A model generated the notes under the pieces. It worked only from the letters and a program-made list of their open reading frames with translations, did not search any database and was not told the origin of the DNA. 64,000 nucleotides of DNA from Methanobacteriota archaeon (lineage in GTDB: Archaea > Halobacteriota > Bog-38 > Methanoflorentales > Methanoflorentaceae): contig OY970393.1 in the NCBI GenBank assembly GCA_963720465.1, positions 2,080,001-2,144,000 of the forward strand, written 5' to 3'. A program made the position numbers and the translations under genes. How positions within the stretch are numbered: the stretch's first letter is position 1; the number at the start of each line of letters is the position of its first letter. Shown in pieces: positions 8,604 through 19,533 of this stretch.

Positions 8604-10628
8604 TCATACTTCTGCTATCGTTGAAATCCCGTGCTCCTTTGATACTCGAAATATCTGGTCTGCAAAGCTCTCCAGTTCTCGCTCGTGCGAGACGATAATC
8701 ACTTGCGGGCACTCGAGCTCAGTCAGTATGTCCTGCACTTTGAGCAGCTGCTCTTTGCTGAAACCATCGGTGGGCTCGTCAAGGATGAGCAAATTCGATT
8801 CCATCGACGTTGCGACCTTGCGCACGATCATATTGAGGGCGAGTCTGTATGCGAGCGCGACGCTCGTTTTTTCGCCGCCACTGAGGTAGTTTACGCTTTG
8901 CTCGTAACCGTCCTGCTCTACGATTACAGTGAATTCCTCATCAATGCGGGCGCTCTTTGTGGGGTCCTCTACCAGCAATTCAAACCACTGCTGGAAGAAC
9001 TGATTAAACTCCTGCTGGAATGCTATCATGACGTGCCGCTCAATAGCCTCCAAGGCTTTTATAAAGTAGTCCTCAAGCCAGATCTTATTTTCAGTCAAAA
9101 GGCGTGCTTTTTTAACGTCACGTTCCTTCGCTTCGACTTCCCGTTCCAAGGAACCCAAAAGCTTTTTTTGCTGCTCGACGGTAGCGTCCAGTGACGAAAG
9201 CTCTTTTCCGATCTTCGACACGGCGTCGGCCGCTTCGCGTCTTTTGCCCTCAAGGTTTGCCAGATCCGCAGCGATCTGCTTCATTCTTAGTACCTCATCG
9301 CGCGCCTGCTCTAACGACTCTCCTAGCGTTAAGATTTCGCGCTTTGCCGTTCGAATTTTTTCCTCGTTGCGCTGGATTTTCTGCCGTACCATGTCCGCCG
9401 GTTCTTGCAGCAGCGCGAGCGTGTCTTGCGACCGGCCATACGCTTCGAGGGCACTAAGGAGCGCGCCAGCCTCAGTCAGATCTCTTTCCGTGTCGTCGAT
9501 TTGCTGCTGCACCGCGCCCTTTCTGGCATTCTCAGCCGCAATCTTTTTCGCACACTGCGTTGCGTCGGCCTTTCTGCCACACGTCGGGCAGATCCCGTCC
9601 GCGCGGATACGCTCGTAATTGTTAAGGGTGGACTCGATAAAGGCGGCGCTCTGCGCAAATTCCGCCTGCGATTGTTTCAGCACGTCGATCGACGCTTTGA
9701 ACTCGCGTTCGTTTCGCTCAGTCGGCCTTTTCATCTGTCGCAATCCCTCCATTTGTTGTTCTCGCCTTGCGAGCTCGTCTATGGCTTTGGCGAGCTCACG
9801 TTGGGCGGCCCGGATGTCGTCTTGAGCTCGTGCAATCTGTCGTTCGAGCTGCGGAAGTCTGCCCTCGGCTTGGGCAAGTACCTCTTTCTGGCTGCGCAAA
9901 TGGTCAAGTCGCTCGTTAATGGCATCCAGCTCGTCTTGCAGTTGACCTTCTTCGGTTCGCTTGTTTGCGATTGTTTGCTCCGATTGGCGTATTTCATTGT
10001 CTAGGGAGAGCAACTCCGCGCGCTTGGTTTCCACATCTGATGCGGAGGCCTCGAGAATCGCAGCCCTTGTGTTGCAAGCGGTAACTGCGAGTTGTGCGTT
10101 GTCTCGCGCGATCTTGTAGTCCTCGATCCGGAGCACCTTGTAGAGCGTTTGCAGCCGCTCTTTGGCATTGAGGGCGAGAATTTCTTTCATCTCCTCTTGA
10201 GGGGTGAAGATCGCGTAACGATAAATTAGGCTCTGAGCTCGAGGGTCCCGGGGCTCGTTGAACTCCAATATCTCCAGAATGCGCTCCTTCAGTTCGCTTG
10301 GACTGAAGCCCGTTACGCCGTCTGGTCCTTCAAGGTGCCCCTCACCTTGTTGCACGGTGCTGCCTTTTCGCACGAGCGTTCGGCGCACAACATACTCGTC
10401 TCCATCTACCTGGAAGGCAAGACTGACAGAGCCTTTCGACTCGTTTGTCTTGAGCAAAGAGCCACCTTTCTGTGATCCGAGGCCGAAGAGCGCGAATTCG
10501 ATGGCCATCAGAATGGTCGACTTTCCCGAACCGATGTCGCCTTCAAAGAGTGATATACCTGGGGGGAACGCTATCGTCGCCGTCTTGTAGCTCCTGACGT
10601 TTTCAAGTTTTAGGGAGCGCAGTATCAC
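8604..10628 (-). CDS. rad50: DNA double-strand break repair ATPase Rad50
   Basis: Walker A GDIGSGKS, coiled coil with CPTC zinc hook, LSGGE signature, LILDEPT Walker B, SH switch. Confidence 0.95.
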   Translation of the reverse strand: MILRSLKLENVRSYKTATIAFPPGISLFEGDIGSGKSTILMAIEFALFGLGSQKGGSLLKTNESKGSVSLAFQVDGDEYVVRRTLVRKGSTVQQGEGHLEGPDGVTGFSPSELKERILEILEFNEPRDPRAQSLIYRYAIFTPQEEMKEILALNAKERLQTLYKVLRIEDYKIARDNAQLAVTACNTRAAILEASASDVETKRAELLSLDNEIRQSEQTIANKRTEEGQLQDELDAINERLDHLRSQKEVLAQAEGRLPQLERQIARAQDDIRAAQRELAKAIDELARREQQMEGLRQMKRPTERNEREFKASIDVLKQSQAEFAQSAAFIESTLNNYERIRADGICPTCGRKADATQCAKKIAAENARKGAVQQQIDDTERDLTEAGALLSALEAYGRSQDTLALLQEPADMVRQKIQRNEEKIRTAKREILTLGESLEQARDEVLRMKQIAADLANLEGKRREAADAVSKIGKELSSLDATVEQQKKLLGSLEREVEAKERDVKKARLLTENKIWLEDYFIKALEAIERHVMIAFQQEFNQFFQQWFELLVEDPTKSARIDEEFTVIVEQDGYEQSVNYLSGGEKTSVALAYRLALNMIVRKVATSMESNLLILDEPTDGFSKEQLLKVQDILTELECPQVIIVSHERELESFADQIFRVSKEHGISTIAEV

Positions 10629-11884
10629 TTTTCAAAGGCTCCTTTCAGATGAAGAACGCCGAGCGCGTCTTCGAGCATGCGCACCTCATAGTCCTTCTTA
10701 TTCTCGGCACTTCGGTCCTCGCTAAGAACTCTCAACAGCTCAAGGGAAAGCTTGACGCCTGAATCACTCTTGAGGCCGGGAATAGCAGTGTGTACGGTCC
10801 CGATATTCTCGGTGAAGAGCCGCTCTTCGATAACCGTTACGTCCTCTCCGGCCACCTTTATAGCGGCGTAGTCAGCTGAGGTGAGGCCGCGGCGCCCGAG
10901 ATGCACGTCGACAGCGCCGCGCTCATAAAGCAGATTCTGCAGCTTTACAAAGTCTACGTCAGACGTTTTTCCACCGGATAATTCGCCCCGTATCTTCAAT
11001 ACGACGATCTTACCGTCAACGTCGAGGCTGCCAAATGATTCGGCGAGTGCGTCCTGGGCGCGCGACGAATTGAGCCCTGTTAGGTTATACTCTTTGTACG
11101 TGCTCTCGACCAAACCCGTCTCAACGAACTCCACGTCTGTTACCGTTTGATCGAAGTTTATGATGTAAAATCCCCGGCGCTCGCCCCTGGCCGTGAACTC
11201 AAAATCACGCCCATAACCAGCGAAAAGCGGCCCGGGGAACACAATCCTGTCGTATGCTGGGAGGCGGTGCTCTGAGTGCTGATGAACGTGTCCACCGGCG
11301 TAGTAGTCAAAACCCTTTGGGAAGAGCGAGATAGGGATTGAGTCCATCCTACTGAGGTACTCGGGCTTGAGCTCGTCAATGCCGGAGTGAAAGGCAAAGA
11401 TCTTGAACCCGTCGAGACGTTCGAGATCGTCTCGATCGAGCATGTCATAATACTCGCGCTCTAACCCCATCCGCCGCGCTGAGATACCAACGAGCTTCGC
11501 GCCCGTGCGCGCGTCTACGATGCACTCGAGTTTGAGCGTGCCGTCGATGACTTGTGGCTTTACAATCTTCGTTAGGAGGCCCGCGCTTTCGATCACGTCG
11601 ATAATGGACGTGCTCGTGGGCGTGTAATCATGACTTCCGTAAATAGCGTAAATCGGTATGCCGTGTTCGGTAACTTCTCGCATCTTTGCAACGGCTTGCC
11701 TTACTGTGTTGAGATCCGAGGGCACCCCGACGTGGAACAGATCCCCTGAGATGACAATGAAATCGACTGCGCGCGTAATGCAAATGTCCATGGCTCGCAC
11801 AAAGGCGCCGATCTCCAACTCCGCCATCTTCCCGTGTCGGTTTGCACCGAGATGGACGTCTGCCATATGGGCAAATTGATGCAT
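10625..11884 (-). CDS. mre11: DNA repair nuclease Mre11
   Basis: DVHLG, GDLFH, GSHD, FH and GHVH metallophosphoesterase motifs; overlaps rad50. Confidence 0.95.
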   Translation of the reverse strand: MHQFAHMADVHLGANRHGKMAELEIGAFVRAMDICITRAVDFIVISGDLFHVGVPSDLNTVRQAVAKMREVTEHGIPIYAIYGSHDYTPTSTSIIDVIESAGLLTKIVKPQVIDGTLKLECIVDARTGAKLVGISARRMGLEREYYDMLDRDDLERLDGFKIFAFHSGIDELKPEYLSRMDSIPISLFPKGFDYYAGGHVHQHSEHRLPAYDRIVFPGPLFAGYGRDFEFTARGERRGFYIINFDQTVTDVEFVETGLVESTYKEYNLTGLNSSRAQDALAESFGSLDVDGKIVVLKIRGELSGGKTSDVDFVKLQNLLYERGAVDVHLGRRGLTSADYAAIKVAGEDVTVIEERLFTENIGTVHTAIPGLKSDSGVKLSLELLRVLSEDRSAENKKDYEVRMLEDALGVLHLKGAFEK

Positions 11885-11895
11885 CGTTGAAAGCC

Positions 11896-13497
11896 TCAGA
11901 CAACTCTTCGGTTGGGTTTTAGGTGAATGTCGTGCTTGTCTTCAGGGGTATCTCTAGTGGGGTATTCTGCCACGTAGTCGCCAAAGAGTGGTACCTGGAT
12001 AGGAATTGCAAATTTGGTGAATATGCTGCTTACGATCGCCTCCCCTTTGTCCAAACTACCAATCGTCGCGTAGTCCTCCTTGAGGTCTTGTGCGGCGCTA
12101 CTGATGATCGCGTTTCGTTCGCTAGCCATCTCGTTTCCAAAGATGATCTTAGTATTCAGGTTTGCTAAGACCGTAGTGGGGATAACGCTCGTTAACTGGG
12201 TAATCGCCACGAGGCCGATCTTAAATTTCCTTCCTTCGCGCGCGACGGTGCTGTACGTTGTATCGCCCCCTTGACTTAACACGTCGGCGCCGAGCACGCG
12301 CGGAGCCTCTTCGATCACGATGCTTACCACGGGCTTATCCTCGAGTTTGGAAACGCCGCTGCTCCCGGTCTCTTGTTTGTACCGTTGATACTTCGTCAAA
12401 ATCTCGTTTATGACCAGGCTTCCGATAAGGAGCTCAGCTTTGTCGCTAAGCCTCGACGTATCAACGACAACGATCATTCCGCTTTCCAGCGCTGCGATCA
12501 TTTCGCTGAGCGTCGACTCTCCTGAGGTGGCGCTAAAGGCTCGGTTGTAACAGATAAGGTCTCCTTGCTCGTTGACGTCTAAACCCAATGCCGTCTTAAA
12601 CTTCCTTTGAAGGACAGCTGCGGTCATTGGGGCGACGTTTTCAGGTCGCTCGTCTTTAAAGATGGCTTCGATCCACTGTTTATCCTTTTTGTGGGCGAAG
12701 TAATAGCCGTACAGCGCTTCAGACTGTGGGTCGGTGAGGTTAAAGAGCTCCTCAATATGCCATGGCATTATCGATTTTAGGTTAATGACAAGCGTGTTTG
12801 TTCCTGCAGGGGCCGCAAGCGAGTAGTACTTAATCTTGTCTTTTGCGTCAGGGTGATTGCTCAGGCCGAGTTCTTTGCCCCTGCCGCCATAATACTCGTC
12901 GTGCGGGTCGAGGACCAACACGCCGAGGTCGTCGTCGTTTACCACGCTCCACAGCAGAACCTTCACAAGGTTGCTTTTTCCTCTGCCCGTCGTCGCGGGG
13001 ATGAGCACGTGGTGGGTGAACAAGTCCTGTGCGTTGAGTCTCACGGGCACGTCGAGGACGTTCGACCCGCTCCGCACCTTGCCAAGGTACGCCGTGTTCT
13101 TAGGAACGTCCATAAACTGAAGGTCCTCGTTGACTACGTGCCGAACTGAAGAGAAAAAGTCGGGCAGCGCCTTTGGAATCGTAACGCGGTTTCCTGAAAC
13201 TAAGGCGACAGCTCGAGCTTCGGCCAAAACATAGTTACGCAGACTCTCATCGAAAAACTCGAGGCTGCCCCCTCGTCTTTCAAGTTCGAGTCCCGCGGTG
13301 AGTTCAAGCACTTCTCGAGAAACTTGGCTGCCGTAGAACAGGTTGTGGACTTGGAGGATGAGTGAGCCGTCTCGGCTTTCTGCAACTAAGAGATTCCCCA
13401 GCTCTATTTTCGTGTCAGTCTTCTCTCTAATGAGGATGTGCGCGACTTTGCCTGCAATGATCTGGCCGACGATTTCCAACTCTTCCATTCGTGTCAC
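11896..13497 (-). CDS. herA: HerA helicase/translocase
   Basis: ATTGRGKS Walker A, IEEAP Walker B, REGRKF, ITQ; operon context. Confidence 0.93.
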   Translation of the reverse strand: MTRMEELEIVGQIIAGKVAHILIREKTDTKIELGNLLVAESRDGSLILQVHNLFYGSQVSREVLELTAGLELERRGGSLEFFDESLRNYVLAEARAVALVSGNRVTIPKALPDFFSSVRHVVNEDLQFMDVPKNTAYLGKVRSGSNVLDVPVRLNAQDLFTHHVLIPATTGRGKSNLVKVLLWSVVNDDDLGVLVLDPHDEYYGGRGKELGLSNHPDAKDKIKYYSLAAPAGTNTLVINLKSIMPWHIEELFNLTDPQSEALYGYYFAHKKDKQWIEAIFKDERPENVAPMTAAVLQRKFKTALGLDVNEQGDLICYNRAFSATSGESTLSEMIAALESGMIVVVDTSRLSDKAELLIGSLVINEILTKYQRYKQETGSSGVSKLEDKPVVSIVIEEAPRVLGADVLSQGGDTTYSTVAREGRKFKIGLVAITQLTSVIPTTVLANLNTKIIFGNEMASERNAIISSAAQDLKEDYATIGSLDKGEAIVSSIFTKFAIPIQVPLFGDYVAEYPTRDTPEDKHDIHLKPNRRVV

Positions 13498-14606
13498 CCC
13501 AGTTTGTTTAAGACGTTATGAGCGTCCGTAGCCTTAACATGCCGATAAAATTTCTCCCACTTGCCCATCGCTGCCATCTGCGACCGCAGTATGGCAAAAT
13601 AATGCTCACGCTCCAAACTCGTTACTCGCGCGAAGCGGTCGGCGTCGATGAGCCCGTACGGGTATCCGGGGAACGTATAATCCGCTGAATTTTGCACGAG
13701 CTGCGTGAGAATCTCATTAAGCGCACGTTCGTCGAGTGACAGAAATTGATCTCTTTGGATCTCTAATCGAAATATACGCTCTGAAATCGCGTTGAGCTTA
13801 ACGCCGAGTATGAAAACGAAGTGGTCTTTGCTCGTTCCGTCCGCTATCGGGTAGTACCATTCTGTGGTGATGCCCTTTTCAGCCGAGAGCTTATCAAGTG
13901 CGCCGAGCAGGGAGTAGCCCGTGTCAGTGAAAAGAGCGCTCGTCTTGGAAAGTCCTGCGAGAATGACCCCTTTTTTCTGTGCTGCCTGACTAAGCTCGTC
14001 TAAATACGCGTACTCATTTGGGAACGCCGTTTGAAGGGTGCCGTCGAGCACTATAACGTCGCCAGGCGCAAGCTCATTTTCAACGACGCTCTTTGCAAGT
14101 ACGAGCTCTGAGAATCGTCGAGAGATAGAGCCGACCCTATAAATGTCCGCCCGTTGGGTTCCGATGGTAATCGAGCGATCCATCGAGCTAAAAGAGAGGT
14201 CGCGTTCACGTGGGAGGATGGCCTCTTCGCCAGAAAGCGGGAAAAGCGAGGTGTTGTAGTGAATCTCTCCTCTTTCGAAGTCAGAAAACGTCGCAGCGAA
14301 GAACTCGATCCGCTGAGGGATTGACTTTTCAGGTATCCTCTTATTTCCGCTCCACATGCCAAAATAGACCCGGTTCAGTTGGACTGAAAAGTTGGGAGCC
14401 CCGAATACCTCTTGATTGCCACCATCAACGAACGCAATTTTCTTATCAGAATCGACGCGTTGGATTTCTTTAAACCCGTCAGTCGTCAGTGGGGAATGCC
14501 GTATGCCTCGCTCAGGAAAAAACGGGTTGCCTATGTTCTCATCGTTAAGATGGGTATCCAAGCGTTTGATAAGCTCGTTGGCAACTTGTGAAGTTTCCTT
14601 CTTCAT
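13494..14606 (-). CDS. nurA: NurA 5'-3' nuclease
   Basis: FVDGG, LDGTL, SKTS and [10 protein letters not shown] motifs; start placed at ATG 14606. Confidence 0.92.
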   Translation of the reverse strand: MKKETSQVANELIKRLDTHLNDENIGNPFFPERGIRHSPLTTDGFKEIQRVDSDKKIAFVDGGNQEVFGAPNFSVQLNRVYFGMWSGNKRIPEKSIPQRIEFFAATFSDFERGEIHYNTSLFPLSGEEAILPRERDLSFSSMDRSITIGTQRADIYRVGSISRRFSELVLAKSVVENELAPGDVIVLDGTLQTAFPNEYAYLDELSQAAQKKGVILAGLSKTSALFTDTGYSLLGALDKLSAEKGITTEWYYPIADGTSKDHFVFILGVKLNAISERIFRLEIQRDQFLSLDERALNEILTQLVQNSADYTFPGYPYGLIDADRFARVTSLEREHYFAILRSQMAAMGKWEKFYRHVKATDAHNVLNKLG

Positions 14607-14886
14607 CTTAAGACCTGTCGGAGGCAACAACACGTTGTGAGTGCAGAAATTGACAACAGTACACGGTCTTACTGTTACTTGCTATTGTCGAGTTTGCACG
14701 TGCGGATTCGGTGTGGGTGTCTGGATCTTACACAGCTTCCACGTCATCTGTCAATTGCCGGCAATAATAAAGGTAGTAGGACGCACGACGAAAGTGTACG
14801 ACTGTTGAGCCGGGGCTTCAGCTGAATGCGCCACATTCTTTGTAGCGCCCCTAAAAGCAACCACAAAATTAGTACGCCACCCGCAC

Positions 14887-15390
14887 TTACTGCGGCTTCT
14901 GTTCCTGCCGTTCGTCGATGCGGAAGACGTGACCGCCGTTCATGCACACGCAGGCGAACGCGACAGGATAATCCCTCAACACCATATAGTTGCTGGTGAG
15001 GTCGTAGAGCAGCATCACGATGGTCTCCTTGAGGGCCTTGCTGTTTGTGTATTCGGTGAGGGGCTCACATATTCGGTCTGCGATGTTCTCACGCGTGTCG
15101 AGAGCGCCATGCATGAGCAGGTGGATGACCCCGCCGATTGCCCGAGGCGTGAGCCTGGCAAGGCAGTCCTCCTCGCCGGTCGTAAGGTGTTCGAGCACGT
15201 TTTTCGCGTCACCAAGGCGCCCACTAGAGAGGTGTGCGAACGTCTCCGCGAGTTCCTTAGGGCAATCTCTCAATGCGGTGTTGAGCACCGCGGCGAGTAA
15301 GCGCACATCGAGTGTGGTTGTGCGTCTCTCGTGCCTCTCGCGACTCTCGAGCTCTAAACGTTCCAATCGTTTTTTCATTTGAATACTCAT
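14887..15390 (-). CDS. Hypothetical protein (mobile-element remnant)
   Basis: GGTG RBS before ATG; begins MSIQMKKRLERLE. Confidence 0.55.
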   Translation of the reverse strand: MSIQMKKRLERLELESRERHERRTTTLDVRLLAAVLNTALRDCPKELAETFAHLSSGRLGDAKNVLEHLTTGEEDCLARLTPRAIGGVIHLLMHGALDTRENIADRICEPLTEYTNSKALKETIVMLLYDLTSNYMVLRDYPVAFACVCMNGGHVFRIDERQEQKPQ

Positions 15391-15481
15391 TGGCACCTTC
15401 CGCGTCAAACCGTTGCAACTGTCGAATACGGTCTTTCATCAGCTCCCTCTGTTCGGCGCTTTTTGTCATTTCGACCCTCCT

Positions 15482-16174
15482 TCAAAGCGCCCGGTTCGTG
15501 GCCGAGACACTCTCGAGCCGTTCGAGACGCGTTTGCAGATCAGCGATCTCTACTCCTCTGAAGATTGAGTTTATCAGTGCCATCTCGTTGGCTGCGGTGT
15601 GTCCATCGATCTTTCTTGCTCGAAGACGCTGCAGGGTTGTAAGCTGCAGCGTGACGAGGTCATCTGCATCTACTGTGTCGTTGTCGCTTCCCTGCCGTCC
15701 AGCAGGAGCGTTCACTTTTGATGCTTTTCGAGCCTTTCGCGAAGCGATCAGCTCGCGCAGCTCCTTTTGGTCCGCAATCTCATCATTGTCACGCAACGTC
15801 AGTGCGTTACGAGCCTCTTCAACGCGAGTGTCCAGTTTGATCATTATGTCATAGAGTTTGGGGGTAGGCACGCTGACCAGGTCGCGCTTTTGGATCTCCT
15901 CATTCACCCGTGCAAGCTCAACGCCGTAGCGTTCGATTTGTGCCTGTAATGTCAGTCGGTACCGCTCCAGGAGCGCATTGAGCTCTATTACCTTCAGGTT
16001 CTCGATCTGTTCCTTGAGCTCGCGTTCAAAACGCACCACCGTCTGCAGTCCGATCTCAAGTTCATCTGCGACTGCCCTTTGCGATTTGCCGTGAGCCCGC
16101 AGCTCAACCAATCGGTGCTTCTTCTCAATATCTTTCACGTGTCTTTCACCTCTTCCGTGTGTCTCTCGTTCCAA
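15482..16174 (-). CDS. HTH-containing coiled-coil protein, phage/satellite-type
   Basis: HTH (ELRAHGKSQRAVADELEIGLQTVVRFE), coiled coil, C-terminal DLQTRLERLE; exact start uncertain. Confidence 0.65.
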   Translation of the reverse strand: MERETHGRGERHVKDIEKKHRLVELRAHGKSQRAVADELEIGLQTVVRFERELKEQIENLKVIELNALLERYRLTLQAQIERYGVELARVNEEIQKRDLVSVPTPKLYDIMIKLDTRVEEARNALTLRDNDEIADQKELRELIASRKARKASKVNAPAGRQGSDNDTVDADDLVTLQLTTLQRLRARKIDGHTAANEMALINSIFRGVEIADLQTRLERLESVSATNRAL

Positions 16175-16492
16175 GCGGCGATGACAAGGAAATACACAGA
16201 AAAAAAGCCACGATTATATGAGAAATAGTCCCGCGCTGTATTTGCGACGTGAAAGCGCTTCACATCATCAGAGATTACGTCACCGATAGCGCCCGCGACT
16301 ATGATCTCAGTTTTCACTCGCATCATTAGGTCGTGAATATTCTCAAACCTCCTCGGTTCGTTAAAGCAGACACGTGTTTATTGAGCGGTTGACTATTTAA
16401 AGTTTGGTAAAAAGTTAAACTAATCAACCCATTACGATTAGTCACCTTTATCACCTTTCAACCACTATCAGACTAAGGAGGCATTGGGAGCA

Positions 16493-16732
16493 ATGGCGAT
16501 GTTAAAAACTGACAAGGATACGCATACGAGGTTCATGCGCTACGTAGCGAAGCGATTTATCCAGACTGAAAACAAGATGACGGTCACCGAAGCGCTCAAT
16601 GAGCTCCTTAACTGCGGCGACCAGCTGATCTTGAAGCAACGGGATGCGGAAGGCAGATTTGACCGTATGCCTGAGGATGTCTTGAAACAGCGAATAAATG
16701 ATACAACGAACGAACTTCTCGCTCAAAAATAA
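16493..16732 (+). CDS. Small RHH-like DNA-binding protein
   Basis: AAGGAGG RBS at 16475; beta-helix-helix pattern (MLKTDKDTHTRF...TVTEALNELL); TCACCTTT direct repeats at 16442-16458. Confidence 0.5.
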   Translation: MAMLKTDKDTHTRFMRYVAKRFIQTENKMTVTEALNELLNCGDQLILKQRDAEGRFDRMPEDVLKQRINDTTNELLAQK

Positions 16733-17196
16733 CCCTATGCAAGGCGGCCTATTCAGCAATAGGCCGACACCTCCTCTTTTTTATGTCGATCGATCTCAAG
16801 AGAGAGAAAGAACATCTCATACGCAAACGCGCATTAAATATATTTAGCCATTTATATAAAATTTAATTAATAATTAATAAATGGGCTTTTCGTTTGCCTA
16901 AGCGAGTCAGAGCCGTTGGAAGCTTCAACGATCGAAGCTGGTTTTTTAAAAGTAGCATGGTTCTGTTACCATTTTGTTACCATTTTGTCACACTTTTTCC
17001 GTTTGGTGTGACGCACCTCACGTTCGTAGAGACGTGAGGGTTTCACCGAATCTGACCTCTACTCGTGCCTTTCGCATTTTCTGAGAGGTAAATTCGACTA
17101 GTAGGCGTGACATTCAGAATCTGCTAAGAGCCCAGGCGATATAGATAATGAGCTATGCTATCTTCGCCCCGGCTTCAAAAGAGGTGCTCTCCGCAG

Positions 17197-17457
17197 TTAC
17201 TTTAGAAAGGAGGGGTCTATGTCCCCCTTTCCCTCAAGACTTGCTTGACTTGGCGTCCGAGTGAGGACAAAGGAGATACAATGCCGACGATTGCCAGCAC
17301 GGCGACCGGGTAGAACACCTACGTAACTTTCGACGAGATCCCGCAACTGCCCGGCAAGAAGATTTCCAATGACGGCCTTAGCGCCATACGCGGTAAAGAC
17401 GAGCCCGTAGATCGGTCTGCAATACTTGGTGCCACAAAATGCGGCGTACGAGGGCAC
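17197..17457 (-). pseudogene. C-terminal remnant of an OFA-type MFS transporter
   Basis: FCGTKY..IYGLVFTAYGAKAVIGNLLAGQLRDLVESY resembles the last MFS helices; no N-terminal part is present. Confidence 0.6.
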
Positions 17458-17575
17458 GATTGCAAGCTAGTCTGCTAGAGAGCCGTATTACCGCAGTATA
17501 TCAAATCGGCGAGTAAACGTGCCGGTTTTCAGAAAATAAAAAGAGAATCCCTGCGAGTGATGCAGGGAGTTCTAT

Positions 17576-18172
17576 TCACCCCAGCGGAGCAACGGTCCTC
17601 TTGTACATCTCGTTTAATACCTGCGCGAGGCCGGCATAGATTGCCACGAAACCGGTGAGGATCCCTTCATAGCCGGCAATCGTGACTATGTTGGCGTTCC
17701 CTGTCATCTCACCGATTGCCAGTAGGAAGAACAGAACGGTAAGTAAGCCAAGGACAACCTGCAATGCCCGGTTTGCTTTGAGCGACCCGATGAACATGAC
17801 GAGCGTAAAGATCCCCCACATCACAAAATATGCCGCCAACGCATTCGCGCTTGCCGCATCCGCGAGCCCTAGTTTCGGAAGGATCAGAAGGGCGACAAGA
17901 GTCTCCCAGAAAAACCCGAAAGACAGGAATGCGGTCATCCCGAACGTGTTGTTCTTCTTCCACTCCATGATCCCGGCAATAATCTGGGCGAGGCCCCCGT
18001 AGAAGATCCCCATCGCGAGGATCATCGAACCGAGCGCAAAGTACCCCGCATTGCTTAAGTTCAAAAGGACGGTCGTCATCCCGAAGGCGGTCAGCCCGAG
18101 CGCCGCTGGGTTTGCGGTCACGTCCAGGTTCCTCACATGGGTGACGTCGATCTCTTCTGATTCGTTTGTCAT
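17576..18172 (-). CDS. satP: Acetate uptake transporter (GPR1/FUN34/SatP family)
   Basis: [12 protein letters not shown] signature, FYGGLAQ, NTFG; 6 TM helices. Confidence 0.93.
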   Translation of the reverse strand: MTNESEEIDVTHVRNLDVTANPAALGLTAFGMTTVLLNLSNAGYFALGSMILAMGIFYGGLAQIIAGIMEWKKNNTFGMTAFLSFGFFWETLVALLILPKLGLADAASANALAAYFVMWGIFTLVMFIGSLKANRALQVVLGLLTVLFFLLAIGEMTGNANIVTIAGYEGILTGFVAIYAGLAQVLNEMYKRTVAPLG

Positions 18173-18745
18173 ACGTTTATTCTCCTAAAATTTTTTTCAT
18201 CACGCGTACCTTTTGCATCTGCAAGGGCCCAAACAGGTCGAGGGGCCTCCAGAAAAGGTATCAAAGGGGCGAAAAACACTAGAAACAAGATAGATGGCAA
18301 TAAGCTGGGTTGCATTAATAGACCAAAGCTTGAGGACCAGTCGCCCAAAAACGCTCCACAAGTTTATGCTGCCCCGACAAATGTTTGTGGTAAGGCGGGC
18401 GTCACGAAGATCCACCGGCCTTTTTTCTGGGCGCATTCCAAAAAGTGTGGACCTGGCGCTTTCTGACGCTTGACTGTCGCAGATCATCTGGATGTTTCTA
18501 TCACTATTAATAATTGATATAAAAAGTTTCGCATTCGAAAAAAGGCGATCCTGCTGATTGATCGACGCGAATAAGCGGAGCATTACCGTCTCTTGCTCCG
18601 TCTCCTGACGCTAGCCTAGGGAGCTTAACCGAAAGGTTCCACGCTAAACGAGAGATCGCAGCCAAATGACGATAGGAATCTTGTGCGCCGGAACCGACGT
18701 GCAACGCACTTTTGCTGCACGCTATGAAAAGAATATGAATGATCT

Positions 18746-19423
18746 TCAGAAATGACCGAGGGTACTTTGGAAAGGTTGTCCTTCCAGCTCTGAATCGTCG
18801 TAATCGAAGTAATTTAGTATTCTTCCGACGGCCGGAAGGATTTGATGCTTGACATAGTATTCCACGTCTATCTCTCGCTGTTGCTTATCCGTGTCAACCA
18901 CTTTACCTTCTACCTGGGTAAAAATCTCAGCCGGATACGATCTGTCTCCAATCGATCCAGACCCTTTCATAACGAGATATGCAATTTTCGCGCCAACGTC
19001 GGCGGAAAGGCCGTATTCTTTTGCTCGCTTTGCTGCCCTTACGTGAGCTTGGACGGATTCATAGCTCGCTATCTTTTTTGTAAGCGTCTTGTAAATTATG
19101 AGCTTTGCTAACGGAATCTCACCGGCTCTAAGTCTCTTGATCGTACTCGTAACCAGTTCTGCAGCGGCTCCAGGTTCTCGCTTCTCAAGAATGATTTTGA
19201 TAACATCGGATTGTAGCTCCTTTGCGAGTGCACACCAATCGCCTCTCCGCACTTCAAGACCTCTGACAACAATAGTCCCGTCTTCGGTAATCCCAGCGTA
19301 GCGCTTCTTCTTCTCTGTAAAGAAGATAGCTTTGTAGTGTTCTTGCACGTCAAGCCGAATTGGATAAATTGTCGAAAGCTCCTCGATAAGTGCACGGACC
19401 CTATCTATCAGCTCAGTTGCCAT
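18746..19423 (-). CDS. polB: Family B DNA polymerase, C-terminal subunit (end of palm plus thumb)
   Basis: KKRYAG, RGLEVRRGDW, YYVKHQILP and PIP-box-like QSTLGHF; own AAGGAGG RBS. Confidence 0.92.
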   Translation of the reverse strand: MATELIDRVRALIEELSTIYPIRLDVQEHYKAIFFTEKKKRYAGITEDGTIVVRGLEVRRGDWCALAKELQSDVIKIILEKREPGAAAELVTSTIKRLRAGEIPLAKLIIYKTLTKKIASYESVQAHVRAAKRAKEYGLSADVGAKIAYLVMKGSGSIGDRSYPAEIFTQVEGKVVDTDKQQREIDVEYYVKHQILPAVGRILNYFDYDDSELEGQPFQSTLGHF

Positions 19424-19533
19424 TAGGCCTCCTTGTTGCTCATATCAGCCGTGAAAAGTTTTGTAGTACTATTAAACGGCACAAATCACTCCTCGACTAC
19501 GCGTTAGCACCTTCGTTGACCGCTAGCTGCAAA

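Noticed and set aside
18200-18740. Riboswitch upstream of satP (AACC-GAAA-GGTT hairpin)
   Set aside because: Only one small hairpin, and no known family consensus was recognised.
19424-19533. Frameshift error, intein or intron explaining the polB gap
   Set aside because: Clean stop, non-coding spacer, strong RBS before the second ATG, no intein termini and no obvious BHB motif.
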